This document shows, in pieces, positions 9,825-19,449 of a DNA stretch of 64,000 nt. Each line of letters begins with the position of its first letter. Position 1 is the first letter of the stretch. The notes beneath the pieces were generated by a model, which was not told where the DNA came from, ran no database searches, and worked only from the letters and a program-made list of their open reading frames with translations. The position numbers were made by a program, and so were the translations under genes. The DNA is from a virus, in the IMG/VR virus record IMGVR_UViG_3300045978_000375, positions 570-64,569 of that record; one strand, given 5' to 3'.

Positions 9825-11356
9825 GCTCCTTCCTCCCCTTCGTGCGCCAGGGCCGCGATGGCGAGCTCTGGTTTCGGACCGGAGGCCCTCTCACCGAGCG
9901 CTGGGTTGAAACGCCCAACCCGGTCCTCGAGCAGGTCCGGGCCTATTACGGCACGAGCCTCACGCCCGAGCTCATCGAGCGCGTGATCTGCATGGCCGAC
10001 TCGGGCTTCATGCGCGACCTCACCGACCTCATCTACGAGGCCTGCCGCGTCGACCCGCATTTTTCCATGTGCGACGGGAAACGCCTGCGAGCCGCGGCCA
10101 GCATCGAGCCGACCGTCGTCCCGGCGAGCGGCGACTACATCGACCCGGCCCTCGCGGCCACTTACGCCGATGCCGTACGCCAGCAGCTTACGTGGCTGCC
10201 GAACCTCCGGCAAACGCTCCTACGTTTCAACTGGGGGCATAAATTCGGGCGCGCCGCGAGCGAGCTCGTCTGGGGCGAGGTGAAGTCTCCACGAGCGCCG
10301 TTCAAGTGGCGCATCGAGCAGGTGAACTGGATCCATCCCCGCCGTCTCGCGTTCGGCCCCGACCGGGAGCTCCGCGTGCGCGATGACATGTGGGGCGGCT
10401 ATGGCTTCGAGGCGAAGGGGCTCGCGCTGCGCGACTACCCCTACAAGTTCATCGGGTTTTTGCCGCAGCTCTTCAACGAGTACCCCGAGCGGGAGGGGTA
10501 CGGCGTCCGCGGGCTCTACCACTCGTTCTTCAGGCGTTTCGGCTGGCGCGAGCAGCTCGTGCTCTGCGAGGTTTTCGGCCGGCCATGGAAGATGCTCGGC
10601 CCAAAGGATGGCGTCTCCGTCTCAAAAGAAACCCTCGATGATGCCGCGCAGAAGATCGACCAGGCCGGTGCGAACGCAACCCTCGTGCGCCCGCCCGGCA
10701 CCGAGCTCGATGTCGTCCAGCCCGTGCAAGGCGCCGGACAAGTGCACAAGGACGTGAAGCAGGAGGCGAACGATGAGATCTCGAAGCTCGTGCTCGGCGA
10801 GGTCCGAACCTCCGACGCAAAGCCCGGCGCGATCGGTAGCCAGGGCGAAGAAGTCGCGCTCGAGGTGCTCTCGGAGGTGAAGGCGCAGGACTGCTGGAAC
10901 CTCTCCGACATGCTGACCGAGGGCATCGCCGTGAATCTCATCAAGCTGAACTTCGGCGACGAGAACCTCGACCACTGCCCGCGGATCTCCCTGCCCTACG
11001 AGCCGCCGCCGAACCGCACTGAGGAGGTCGAGCGGACCGAAAAGGCCTTCTCGATTGGCGTGCCGCTCCTCGAGGACGAGGTCTACGAGCGGATCGGCTT
11101 CACCAAGCCGGAGCCCGGAGACGCGGTCGTAAAAAAGCAGGAGCCGCCGCCCATGCCGGGCCTCGGCGGCCCGCCAGGTGCGCCACGTCCAGCCGGCGCC
11201 ACCGAACCCACCGAGGAGCCGCAGCTTTCCGCGCCGCCGTCCTTCGAGCCCTACGCGCGCGCCGCTCATGTGCTCGAGCTCGCCAGGTACGCGAGCGCCG
11301 GTGAGCGGCTCGTGCGGTCGGTCGTCCCGAATCCCGAGCCGCCGGCGAGCGAATGA
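9821..11356 (+). CDS. portal protein (Mu gp29-like)
   Basis: 511 aa, immediately upstream of and coupled to the MuF gene. Size and position match the Mu-type portal. Confidence 0.75.
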   Translation: MSSFLPFVRQGRDGELWFRTGGPLTERWVETPNPVLEQVRAYYGTSLTPELIERVICMADSGFMRDLTDLIYEACRVDPHFSMCDGKRLRAAASIEPTVVPASGDYIDPALAATYADAVRQQLTWLPNLRQTLLRFNWGHKFGRAASELVWGEVKSPRAPFKWRIEQVNWIHPRRLAFGPDRELRVRDDMWGGYGFEAKGLALRDYPYKFIGFLPQLFNEYPEREGYGVRGLYHSFFRRFGWREQLVLCEVFGRPWKMLGPKDGVSVSKETLDDAAQKIDQAGANATLVRPPGTELDVVQPVQGAGQVHKDVKQEANDEISKLVLGEVRTSDAKPGAIGSQGEEVALEVLSEVKAQDCWNLSDMLTEGIAVNLIKLNFGDENLDHCPRISLPYEPPPNRTEEVERTEKAFSIGVPLLEDEVYERIGFTKPEPGDAVVKKQEPPPMPGLGGPPGAPRPAGATEPTEEPQLSAPPSFEPYARAAHVLELARYASAGERLVRSVVPNPEPPASE

Positions 11357-13077
11357 GGACCTCGGCCGAGGCGGCCGACGAGCTCGAGGCGTTCGGCCTG
11401 TTCTATGGCGCGCTCGCAGCGCGGCGGTACTACGGCGAGCACGTCTGCCTCGCCGTCCACCCGGACGAGGCTAACGGCTCCGTCGAGGACCTGGTCGAGC
11501 GCGGTGTCGACCAGGGCGCCGCTATCACGGCCGGCTGGGCTGAGCAGATCCTCGACGCCGTGGACGACCGCTCCTCGGTGCAGTCGATCCTGACCGCACT
11601 CGGCGAGCTCGAGAGGCGCCTCGACCTGGAGGAGTTCGCCCGCGTTGTCGAGCAGCAGATCCTCCACGGCGCCATGCTCGGCGTCCTCGATTCCGAGTGG
11701 GAGCGCGAGCACGACGAGGACATCGCGCCGGCGCGCTTCGCCGAGCCGCAGCCGTTCTCGGGCGTGCCCTACGAGGACGCCCGGAGGCTCTTCGACGCGC
11801 GGCAGGTCCTACCACGGCCCGCCTTCGACGCGCTCGAGCAGGGGGCGAGGCGGCAGGCCTTCACGGTCGCCAGGATGGCGTCGGCGGAGATGCTGAACGT
11901 CACGAAGGCCGAGCTCGCCCGGCAGCTCGCGCACGCCCGTGACCGTCCCGTCGTTGGCCCGGACGGCGTCGCGCGGCGCGAGGGCTTCAACCTCAGGACC
12001 TTCCGGAAGTTCGCGAAGGAGCGGCTCGAGAGCGCCGGCTGGACGCCAGCCAATAAGTCGCACGTCGAGACTGTCTTTCGCACCAACGTGATCGGCGCGC
12101 TCGCGTCGGGGAGGTTCGTCGAGATGCGCCGCCCGGAGGTGCTGTCGGCACTGCCGTACTGGCAGATCCGTGGCGTCAGCGACTCACGAACGCGCCCCAC
12201 GCATAAGGCCGCCTTCGGCATCATCCTCCCAGCGGATCACCCGTTCTGGCGCACAGCGTATCCGCCATTTGGTTACAATTGCCGCTGTGGTGTAACCGCT
12301 CGCTCGGCACGATGGCTCGAACGGTCTGGAAAGTCAATCGGGCCGGTGCCGAAGGACCTGCCGGATCCAGGCTTCGACTCGGGGACGGACCGGCTCATCA
12401 GTGTGCCGAGCGCCGCGCTCGAGCCCGCGCGGCCCGAGCAGCCAGCGGCGCCCAAGCGGCCGCCTTGGATGCACTCGCCCCCACCGCCGGAGCCGGTCAC
12501 GGCCACCGAATTCGAGCGTAGCGCGACGCTGTATGAGCAGCGCGTAGTGGGTGCGGGAGAGTTCCTGAAGACGAGCGACCGCTTCGAGGTGCTCGAGAAG
12601 TACACGGACTCCGACTATCTGTCTATCAACAGATCCCTGCTGTTTACGGACGCTCCAGTTACCAACCAGACTCGGCAACAGGTCGCGGATCTACAGCATC
12701 TCCTCGCACAAGCGAGGGTCGCCGGACACGCGTTCGAGGGTGCCGTGTACCGCGGGGTAGCGGTACCACCAGAACTCCTCGCGCGCTGGGCTTCGGAAGA
12801 GGTCATCGAGTTCGCTGCGTTCACCTCGACGACGACGGTCGAGCGCATGGCGTTGTTGTTTACGAGTCCGAATCGCGATGAGGTGCGGGTCCTCTTTCAG
12901 ATTCGACAGCGGTCAGGCGTGCCGGTCGGCACGGTATCGTCTACGCCTGGTGAATCCGAGATTCTCCTGCCATCCGGCAAGAGGTTTCGCCGAATTGGTC
13001 CGGTGCGCGTTGAAACACGTGGAAGTGCGACGAACCCGAAAATCGTGAACGTCATCGATCTCGAGGAGCTCGATTAG
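11353..13077 (+). CDS. MuF/SPP1 gp7-like head morphogenesis protein fused to a C-terminal ADP-ribosyltransferase-like domain
   Basis: MuF core YWQIRGVSDSRTRPTHK...GYNCRCGV. C-terminal R/STS/ExE triad: YRG (12748-12756), FTSTT (12820-12834), ESE (12952-12960). Confidence 0.8.
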   Translation: MRTSAEAADELEAFGLFYGALAARRYYGEHVCLAVHPDEANGSVEDLVERGVDQGAAITAGWAEQILDAVDDRSSVQSILTALGELERRLDLEEFARVVEQQILHGAMLGVLDSEWEREHDEDIAPARFAEPQPFSGVPYEDARRLFDARQVLPRPAFDALEQGARRQAFTVARMASAEMLNVTKAELARQLAHARDRPVVGPDGVARREGFNLRTFRKFAKERLESAGWTPANKSHVETVFRTNVIGALASGRFVEMRRPEVLSALPYWQIRGVSDSRTRPTHKAAFGIILPADHPFWRTAYPPFGYNCRCGVTARSARWLERSGKSIGPVPKDLPDPGFDSGTDRLISVPSAALEPARPEQPAAPKRPPWMHSPPPPEPVTATEFERSATLYEQRVVGAGEFLKTSDRFEVLEKYTDSDYLSINRSLLFTDAPVTNQTRQQVADLQHLLAQARVAGHAFEGAVYRGVAVPPELLARWASEEVIEFAAFTSTTTVERMALLFTSPNRDEVRVLFQIRQRSGVPVGTVSSTPGESEILLPSGKRFRRIGPVRVETRGSATNPKIVNVIDLEELD

Positions 13078-13265
13078 CGAAGTTTCCCCGTCTCGAGCGC
13101 GTTCGACTCGAGAATTCGCGCCTCTTGCTTCGTGAGCAATCCATCCTGCACGAGCTCCCTCAAGAGTTTGCGCGTGAATGGCGCCGCCGCGAGCCTTCGT
13201 TCGACAGCGAGCTCACGCTCGGTTTCGAGCGGGTCCGTGGTCGCGTCGCCCGACTCCGTGGCCAT
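13074..13265 (-). CDS. small antisense ORF, candidate immunity/antidote to the MuF toxin domain
   Basis: 63 aa, ATG at 13265, TAA overlapping the MuF TAG tail-to-tail. GC-rich third positions. Only minus-strand ORF that fits a gap in the late operon. Confidence 0.45.
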   Translation of the reverse strand: MATESGDATTDPLETERELAVERRLAAAPFTRKLLRELVQDGLLTKQEARILESNALETGKLR

Positions 13266-13345
13266 GCATGGATCCTAACCAGGGACCGCGGCCGTTGCAA
13301 GCCATGGGGGTCACGTCACTTGCGCGGCGTCCAGATTGCCCGGCA

Positions 13346-15034
13346 ATGGCCGACCAGCGGCTCCTCCGGCTCATCCCGACGGGAAGCTTTCTCGGCGCCG
13401 TCTTCGGCGCTGCCGTGCCCATTCCGAAAGCGACGGCAACCGACCTCGAGGACGGTAAGCGCGTCTGGCTCCAGGCGGCCTATGAGGGGGAGTTCAAGGG
13501 CTATCGGATCCCGATGAAGCTCACCGCGGCCTTCTTCGCCGCGATGATCGCGAACCTCCGAGCGGACCCGCAATTCCGGGCCGGCGATGACGGCTACGGC
13601 GCGCAGCCGGTCGTGCGCATGGACTACGAGCACGCCTCGGCGATGCCGCCGTCGGAGGGGTCCATTCCCGCGCAAGGTGCACCGGCGCCGGGCTGGGTGT
13701 GCGACATGGAGGTCCGAGCGGGCAAGGAGGGGAGGCTCGAGCTCTGGGCGCTTTGCGAGCTCGGCACTCAGCTCACCGAGCAGATCAAGGCCGGGGAGCA
13801 GCGCTTTCTGAGCATCGAGGCGCCGCTGAAGTCGAAGGACCCGGTCACCGGTGAGGACCGCGGCCCGAAGCTGAATGCACTCGCCGTCACGAATAGCCCC
13901 TTTCTCCGCGACCTCGAGCCCATGCGGATCGCTGCGTCGATGAGCGTCTGGGGGAAGGCAGAGACGACGGCCGAGCTCGTCGAAGGGATGCGCGGGATTC
14001 TCGAGATGCCCGAGACCGCGACGCCCGCCGACATGAAGGACTACCTCGAGGCGATCGGCGTCGCCTACCAGAACGGCGTGCGCCCGCCCGGCTACCCCGA
14101 CGGCCTCGGCGGCGTGCTCGACAGCGTTCGTCGCTTGGTCGGTCTGACAATGCTCGCCACCGGCGAACAGATCGTGGCGGCGGCGGGTCAGCAACTCGAC
14201 ACCGCGTCAGCTTCGGTGGCGACGACGCCGCTCCCGGCGGCTCAACCCCAAGGACCCGCTGCGATGACTGCATCTGCTACCCCCGACAAGCTCCGAGTCG
14301 CTCTCGTTGCCCTCTTCGGTTGCGTGGACCACGACGACGTGATCCTCGCCGAGGCAACCAAAGCCAAGGGCGGGCTCGCCGCGCTCGGCGACCTCATGAA
14401 GAAGTACGGCGCGGCCGACCACGCGGACCTCGCCACGAAAGCGATGGCGGCCCGGGACGAGGCTGCCAAGACGGCCGAGTTTGCGACTAAGCTCGGCGAG
14501 GCCCTCGCCGCGCTCGACAGTGGCGTGCAGGAGGAGGCAAAGAAGGACACCGAGGCCGTGGCTGCCTCGTGTGGCTTCGCCGCCGAAAACAAGGGCGCGC
14601 GCACCGTCATCCTCTCGCAGCTGCTCGAAGCGCGTCGCGCCGCTCTCGGCATCGTAGCCGAAGAGAACGAGGGCAAGCTCGAGCTCTCCTTCGGCAAGCC
14701 GAACGGCGCGAAGCTCGAGCTCTTCTGGCAGAACTACCCGAAGCCGGACGCGAAGAAGGTCGTGCTCTCGACCAGCATCGTCGCCGGGCAAAACGGCGCT
14801 CAGCTCGGCGGCCCGCACACGGGCCTGCAGCAGAAGCCCGTCGGACAGCAGCCGCCCGCCGGCGCCGATCAGGAGCCCGAGCACATCGCGGCGCTCGCGA
14901 ACTACCCGGGCCCGAACCCCATCGCAAAAGCCATCGCGTATCTCAGCGAGAAGCTGCCGGGGTTCAAGTCGCTCGACTGGGGCACGCAGAACTTCCGCGC
15001 GAACCAGTACGTGCTCACCGGAAAGGCAGCCTGA
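13346..15034 (+). CDS. prohead protease / scaffold protein (Mu gpI/Z-like)
   Basis: Start at internal ATG 13346 (MADQRLL...). N-terminal domain followed by an Ala/Glu-rich helical scaffold-like C-half. Position lies between MuF and capsid. Confidence 0.6.
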   Translation: MADQRLLRLIPTGSFLGAVFGAAVPIPKATATDLEDGKRVWLQAAYEGEFKGYRIPMKLTAAFFAAMIANLRADPQFRAGDDGYGAQPVVRMDYEHASAMPPSEGSIPAQGAPAPGWVCDMEVRAGKEGRLELWALCELGTQLTEQIKAGEQRFLSIEAPLKSKDPVTGEDRGPKLNALAVTNSPFLRDLEPMRIAASMSVWGKAETTAELVEGMRGILEMPETATPADMKDYLEAIGVAYQNGVRPPGYPDGLGGVLDSVRRLVGLTMLATGEQIVAAAGQQLDTASASVATTPLPAAQPQGPAAMTASATPDKLRVALVALFGCVDHDDVILAEATKAKGGLAALGDLMKKYGAADHADLATKAMAARDEAAKTAEFATKLGEALAALDSGVQEEAKKDTEAVAASCGFAAENKGARTVILSQLLEARRAALGIVAEENEGKLELSFGKPNGAKLELFWQNYPKPDAKKVVLSTSIVAGQNGAQLGGPHTGLQQKPVGQQPPAGADQEPEHIAALANYPGPNPIAKAIAYLSEKLPGFKSLDWGTQNFRANQYVLTGKAA

Positions 15035-15061
15035 GGCGCCACCGGCGCGAAGGACATCACT

Positions 15062-15442
15062 ATGGAAACCACGCAACCCACCTGGTTCCGCAGCGCGAAG
15101 AACAAGACCGTCGCTGCCATCGTCGCTCAACGCTTCGTCGATCCCGATGCGACCAACTTCCAGGGCATCCAGCTGCCTTCGGCCGTCACCACGGTTGGCT
15201 ACGGCGTGACGAGTGAGGACATCCCGATCGACGGGACGGGCTCCATCCAGATCGAGGGCATCGCCCAGGTCGTCTGCTCTGCGGCCATCGCACTCGGCGC
15301 ACTCGTGCAGTCGGGCACCGACGGCCGCGCCGCGACCGCCGCGACGAACAGCGCCGTCCGAGGTCGCTGCGTGAAGGCTACGGCGGGCTCGGGGGAAGTC
15401 GCCGAAGTGGAACTCTGGAAAGGCCGCTTCATCGCGCCGTGA
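15062..15442 (+). CDS. head decoration-like small protein (DUF2190-like)
   Basis: 126 aa, Gly/Ala/Val beta-rich, directly upstream of the capsid gene. Confidence 0.4.
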   Translation: METTQPTWFRSAKNKTVAAIVAQRFVDPDATNFQGIQLPSAVTTVGYGVTSEDIPIDGTGSIQIEGIAQVVCSAAIALGALVQSGTDGRAATAATNSAVRGRCVKATAGSGEVAEVELWKGRFIAP

Positions 15443-15473
15443 GCGGCGCCAACTAGGACCGAAGGAAACGACC

Positions 15474-16601
15474 ATGAGCGCAAACATCGCCCTGAACAGC
15501 CGAGTCGACCGGCAGACCCTGATCGACGCCGCTTTGGGCCAGCTCCGGCAGTTCGTTCTGTCCGAGAATCTCCACGGACAGGACGGCAACCTCATCGGTC
15601 GCGCCGGCGAGACCATCACCCTCGCTGTGATGCCGTCGGACACGAGCGACCAGCTCGCGGTCATCGACAACTACATCAGCGGCTATCGGAACTTCGGCTT
15701 CATGGCCGACATCGTGTCGCCCGTCGTGGTGGTGGACAAGGAAGCCGGCAAGAGGATCGACCGCTCGCTTGCGTCGGCCTTCACGGTGCACGAGACCGCG
15801 GTCGGCCGGCAGGGCCATATCAACGAGATTCAGGACGCGGCGAGCCGGGTGGACTATAAGACCCAGGAGTACGCGCTTGCGGCGTTCATCCCGTGGGGCT
15901 CGGAAAACGACGCGCTGCCGCAGTACCAGATCCGCGAGGCGACGAGCACCATGCTCGCCGATCTCCTGCTGCTCTCGCGTGAGGTGAGGGTCTTCGACTT
16001 CCTCTCGACGCTCACGAACTGGAACACGAACAACCGCACGTCGCTCACCACGAACTTCAAGTGGGACAACGGCTCGACGAAGGACCCCAGGCTGGACCTC
16101 CACACTCGCATGAAGGCGAGCGCCCAGCGCGTGACCGGGATCGCGATGAACCCGGACGTCGCCTACCACTTCCTCTCGGACAACAACGTGCGCGCCTACC
16201 TGAAGGCGACCATGGGCGACGACGCCCCGGTGCCGGACCTCGCTCGCACGATCGATGCGACGAACCATCAGCCCGAGACCATCAACATCGTCGGCTACCC
16301 GCCGATTTACATCTGCCCGGCAATGAAGCTCGTTTCCGGCGCTCTCACGTACGTACTCGCCGACGACGTGATCCTTTTCACGCGTCCGCCGACCAACGTC
16401 CCGACGAACATGTTCTCGGTCGCGACCTCCCTCACCTTCCGTCACCGCGGCAAGAGCGGCACCGGCTGGGTGACGAACGAGTACATCCCGAACGGCCGTG
16501 GACTGAACTCCGGCCGCATGCTCGAGACGGGTTTCGGCGAAGTCACCTTCTTTGGGTCAAATATTGCCGGCGGTCTCATCAAAGACGTGCTCAGCACCTG
16601 A
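15474..16601 (+). CDS. major capsid protein
   Basis: 375 aa. Position after protease/scaffold and decoration-like genes. Strong GC3. Positional call. Confidence 0.65.
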   Translation: MSANIALNSRVDRQTLIDAALGQLRQFVLSENLHGQDGNLIGRAGETITLAVMPSDTSDQLAVIDNYISGYRNFGFMADIVSPVVVVDKEAGKRIDRSLASAFTVHETAVGRQGHINEIQDAASRVDYKTQEYALAAFIPWGSENDALPQYQIREATSTMLADLLLLSREVRVFDFLSTLTNWNTNNRTSLTTNFKWDNGSTKDPRLDLHTRMKASAQRVTGIAMNPDVAYHFLSDNNVRAYLKATMGDDAPVPDLARTIDATNHQPETINIVGYPPIYICPAMKLVSGALTYVLADDVILFTRPPTNVPTNMFSVATSLTFRHRGKSGTGWVTNEYIPNGRGLNSGRMLETGFGEVTFFGSNIAGGLIKDVLST

Positions 16602-16644
16602 GCCGACGCCGCGCTGAGCGGCGCTCTTTGATGAAAGGACCAGC

Positions 16645-17145
16645 ATGGCAAAAGCGACAACGGAGGCGGCCGCACCGGTCGCCCAGAGCGAAGAGCAGCG
16701 CATCGCCGAGCAGCGCGATCGCGACCTCCGACAACAGGCTTCGGACGCGTCGGCGGCGTCGAACGCGGCGAAGGCCGATGCGGCGGCCCTGAAGGGCGAG
16801 CTCGAGCGGGCGCAGGCGCAGGTCGCGGGCCTCCGCGCTGCGAACGAGCAGCTCACCAAGCAGCTCGAGCAGCTCCAGCAGAGCGTGCAGCTCAGGGAAA
16901 CGCTGCCGAGCTTGCCGGACCTCCCACGCGGGGCGGCTCAGCTCACCGAGAGCGTGACGATTGGCTCGTTGGACGACGACAACAAGCCGCTCCGAACCGC
17001 TGCCAGGCGAGGCGACGTCGTAGTGGTCGGTGGCGACGTTCAGGAGCTCGAGTCCCTCCGGGGCAAGGTGGGCACCGTCGCGACCGTGCATCGCATCGAC
17101 AAGGCGACGCGCGAAGAACTCGAAAAGCTCCGGTTCCTGCGCTAA
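16645..17145 (+). CDS. hypothetical coiled-coil protein
   Basis: 166 aa, Ala/Gln/Glu-rich heptad-like N-half. Confidence 0.5.
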   Translation: MAKATTEAAAPVAQSEEQRIAEQRDRDLRQQASDASAASNAAKADAAALKGELERAQAQVAGLRAANEQLTKQLEQLQQSVQLRETLPSLPDLPRGAAQLTESVTIGSLDDDNKPLRTAARRGDVVVVGGDVQELESLRGKVGTVATVHRIDKATREELEKLRFLR

Positions 17146-17157
17146 TTGGGGTGAGCC

Positions 17158-17631
17158 GTGGCAGGCCCCCCTCGGATCTCGCAGGCAGACCTCGAAGCGA
17201 ATTTCCCGCCCGACACCGTGCGGGCCGTTTTCGCTGACGCGGGTGGCATGCTGGCCGGGCCGCGGCTCGCAACCGCCTGCCTCGTCGCCTCTCGGATCGC
17301 CGAGTCGCTCCTCTTGAAAGCCTGGTCACTCGAGCAGATCGACGAGCTCTTCGCCGAGGACCAGGCCATTGTGGCGCTCACCTGCCAGATCGCAATGGGC
17401 TGGGGGACGAGCGGACGAGCTGAGTGGTCGGGGCAGGGGGCGCCGTTCGAGGGGCTGCAGAAGGCGGCCGAGGGGGCGCTCGACAAGATTGCGGCGGGCG
17501 CGATGCGGTCCCGGGGCGAGAGCCACGGAGCTGGTGTGAACGCGACGATTACGGGCCGGCAGGACGCGCCCCCGGACCCGCAGTTCATGTTCGCGCCAAA
17601 TCGCCTGCGTCCTCGCCGCGGCGGCTACTGA
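17158..17631 (+). CDS. head-tail connector-like protein (Mu gp36 position)
   Basis: 157 aa. Synteny only. Confidence 0.35.
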   Translation: MAGPPRISQADLEANFPPDTVRAVFADAGGMLAGPRLATACLVASRIAESLLLKAWSLEQIDELFAEDQAIVALTCQIAMGWGTSGRAEWSGQGAPFEGLQKAAEGALDKIAAGAMRSRGESHGAGVNATITGRQDAPPDPQFMFAPNRLRPRRGGY

Positions 17632-18032
17632 TGGCCGACCTCGAGGTCAGGGCGGAGAGCGACCTCGACAAGGTCCTAGCTGGTCTCGCCGCGCAGGGCA
17701 GGAGCATCGATCGGCTCCTGCCGGTGATTGCCGAGATGCTGGTCGGCGCCGTGCATGACGTGTTCGAGGCCGAGGGGCCCGGATGGGCCGACCTCGCCGA
17801 GAGCACAAAGGCTCGCCGGCGCGGGACCTCCTACAAGATCCTCCAGGACACCGGGCTTTTGGCGAACAGCGTTGCGGCTCAGTACGGCAGCACGTATGCT
17901 GAGGCGGTGGACGGCACGACCTACGGCATCTATCATGCACCGGACCCGCAGGGGCGCGACTGGACGGTGCTCGGTCCGTTCGAGGCCCCCCTCCTAGACG
18001 ACGTGGCGGCGCTGATTACGGGGCAGTTTTGA
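17631..18032 (+). CDS. virion morphogenesis protein (Mu gpG-like)
   Basis: Internal ATG overlapping the upstream TGA. The KILQDTGLLANSV segment resembles the gpG-family motif. Confidence 0.5.
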   Translation: MADLEVRAESDLDKVLAGLAAQGRSIDRLLPVIAEMLVGAVHDVFEAEGPGWADLAESTKARRRGTSYKILQDTGLLANSVAAQYGSTYAEAVDGTTYGIYHAPDPQGRDWTVLGPFEAPLLDDVAALITGQF

Positions 18033-18214
18033 ACGCGCTTCAAGACCTCCAGCGAGCCATGAGCAAGCGCATGCCGCATTGGGATGGGCCGTTCACCGTA
18101 GAACTCGTAGATGAGGCAGATATGGATGGGCCCGTGCTCGTGCGCGATCGCCATGGGAACGAGGTCGCGCAAATGTCGCAAGAGGCTTGGTTCCACCTCG
18201 CCGAGCGCGAGTGA
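18029..18214 (+). CDS. hypothetical small protein
   Basis: 61 aa, coupled on both sides. Confidence 0.35.
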   Translation: MNALQDLQRAMSKRMPHWDGPFTVELVDEADMDGPVLVRDRHGNEVAQMSQEAWFHLAERE

Positions 18215-18402
18215 CCGTCCGCGTCACCTACGTCGACACCGAAGGCCAACACTGGCGGGCTCGCACGCTCTCCGAGCCGCACTACGACTGCAGGCCGACG
18301 AGCATCCTTGTGAAGCGCGGTCCCCGGCTCGAGGTCGTCGAGGCCCGGTACTCGCGGGGGCGGGAACCTGGGACGTGGTCGCGCATCGCCGAGCCGGCCT
18401 GA
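18211..18402 (+). CDS. hypothetical small protein
   Basis: GTG at 18211 overlapping the upstream TGA (GTGA). 63 aa. Confidence 0.35.
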   Translation: MTVRVTYVDTEGQHWRARTLSEPHYDCRPTSILVKRGPRLEVVEARYSRGREPGTWSRIAEPA

Positions 18403-18435
18403 GTCAGCCGCTCGCACTCGCCGCACGCTCGAGGC

Positions 18436-19404
18436 GTGAGCTCGTCCGTCCAAAACGCCCGCGCGCTCGAGGCCGCGCTACAGCCGCTCCAGGGCACGGC
18501 TGCCGTTGGCAAGCTCGTCGTGAAGACGGCTGACGCCGGTCCCGACGAGGTGCTCCACCCGGGCCAGTGCGCGGTGCCGGTCGTGGGCGGGCAGTTCTCG
18601 CGCCAGGCGATGGTATTCGTCCGGAAGAACCCCGCCGTCACCGACGGAACCTGGACCATTACCGCGGCCGGCACGCTGGTCGACGTCGAGGCGCTCCAAG
18701 GCGGCGAGCGGCCGAACCTTCCCGGCGGCACGCCGTACCGCTGGGATCCGCCGCTCGAGGGCATCGAGCTCGAGAGCGCCTCAGATGCGAGCGGGCTCGC
18801 GGGAGGCACGTGGACGGGCGCCTACGCGGGGCTCAGGCAGGTCGTCTACCTGAAGAGCCTCGACGCCAACGCGAGAAAGGCGCTCTTCCAGGCGCTCGTC
18901 AGCGACTGCCCGGCCGTCGTCATCGCCTGGGCGGCGACCGCGCCGCTCGATGGTCCGCTTGCGGGGAGCCCGGGGCCGCGGACGGCGCGTGTCGGCCAGG
19001 GCACGATGCTCTATCGGCATACCTGGTTTCTGTTCGTCGTGACCAAGCGGCTAGACGGCTCCTCGCATCGCTCGCTCGAGGGCGACACCGTGCGGGATGA
19101 CGTCCTCGCGATCCTATTCGGCAAAAAGCTCGTCCGGAACGGCGTCTTTCAGGTGAGCTTTTCGCCCGGTGCCCACGTGCAGAGCGCGAACGTGCAGGAC
19201 GTGACGCCGACCTCCTACATCGACCGCGTGACGATGGAGACGACGGTGTCGTTCACCGCCGAAACCTCGACGGACGCGAATCCTTGGCTCCGCTCGCGGC
19301 TTCGTCAGCAGACCGATCCGCAGGCACCGGACCCGCCGCTCGATCTTCCGAACATCATCATTCCCATGCCGCCTGACGGTCCAGGTCCGGGCCCGTACCC
19401 GTAG
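18436..19404 (+). CDS. hypothetical structural protein (tail completion region)
   Basis: 322 aa, high GC3, between head-completion and sheath genes. Confidence 0.5.
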   Translation: MSSSVQNARALEAALQPLQGTAAVGKLVVKTADAGPDEVLHPGQCAVPVVGGQFSRQAMVFVRKNPAVTDGTWTITAAGTLVDVEALQGGERPNLPGGTPYRWDPPLEGIELESASDASGLAGGTWTGAYAGLRQVVYLKSLDANARKALFQALVSDCPAVVIAWAATAPLDGPLAGSPGPRTARVGQGTMLYRHTWFLFVVTKRLDGSSHRSLEGDTVRDDVLAILFGKKLVRNGVFQVSFSPGAHVQSANVQDVTPTSYIDRVTMETTVSFTAETSTDANPWLRSRLRQQTDPQAPDPPLDLPNIIIPMPPDGPGPGPYP

Positions 19405-19449
19405 CGTCGAGGGGTCACGCTCGGGGGCGGCAGTCAGGCTCGCTCCTGC

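Noticed and set aside
14207-15670. 487-aa minus-strand ORF antisense to the scaffold, decoration and capsid genes. Similar long antisense ORFs lie at 1347-2543, 22404-24155, 23894-25498, 25369-26400, 30349-31605 and 57222-58544.
   Set aside because: All are mirror frames of strongly supported + strand structural or replication genes, with Arg/Leu/Val-rich composition characteristic of antisense reading in high-GC DNA.
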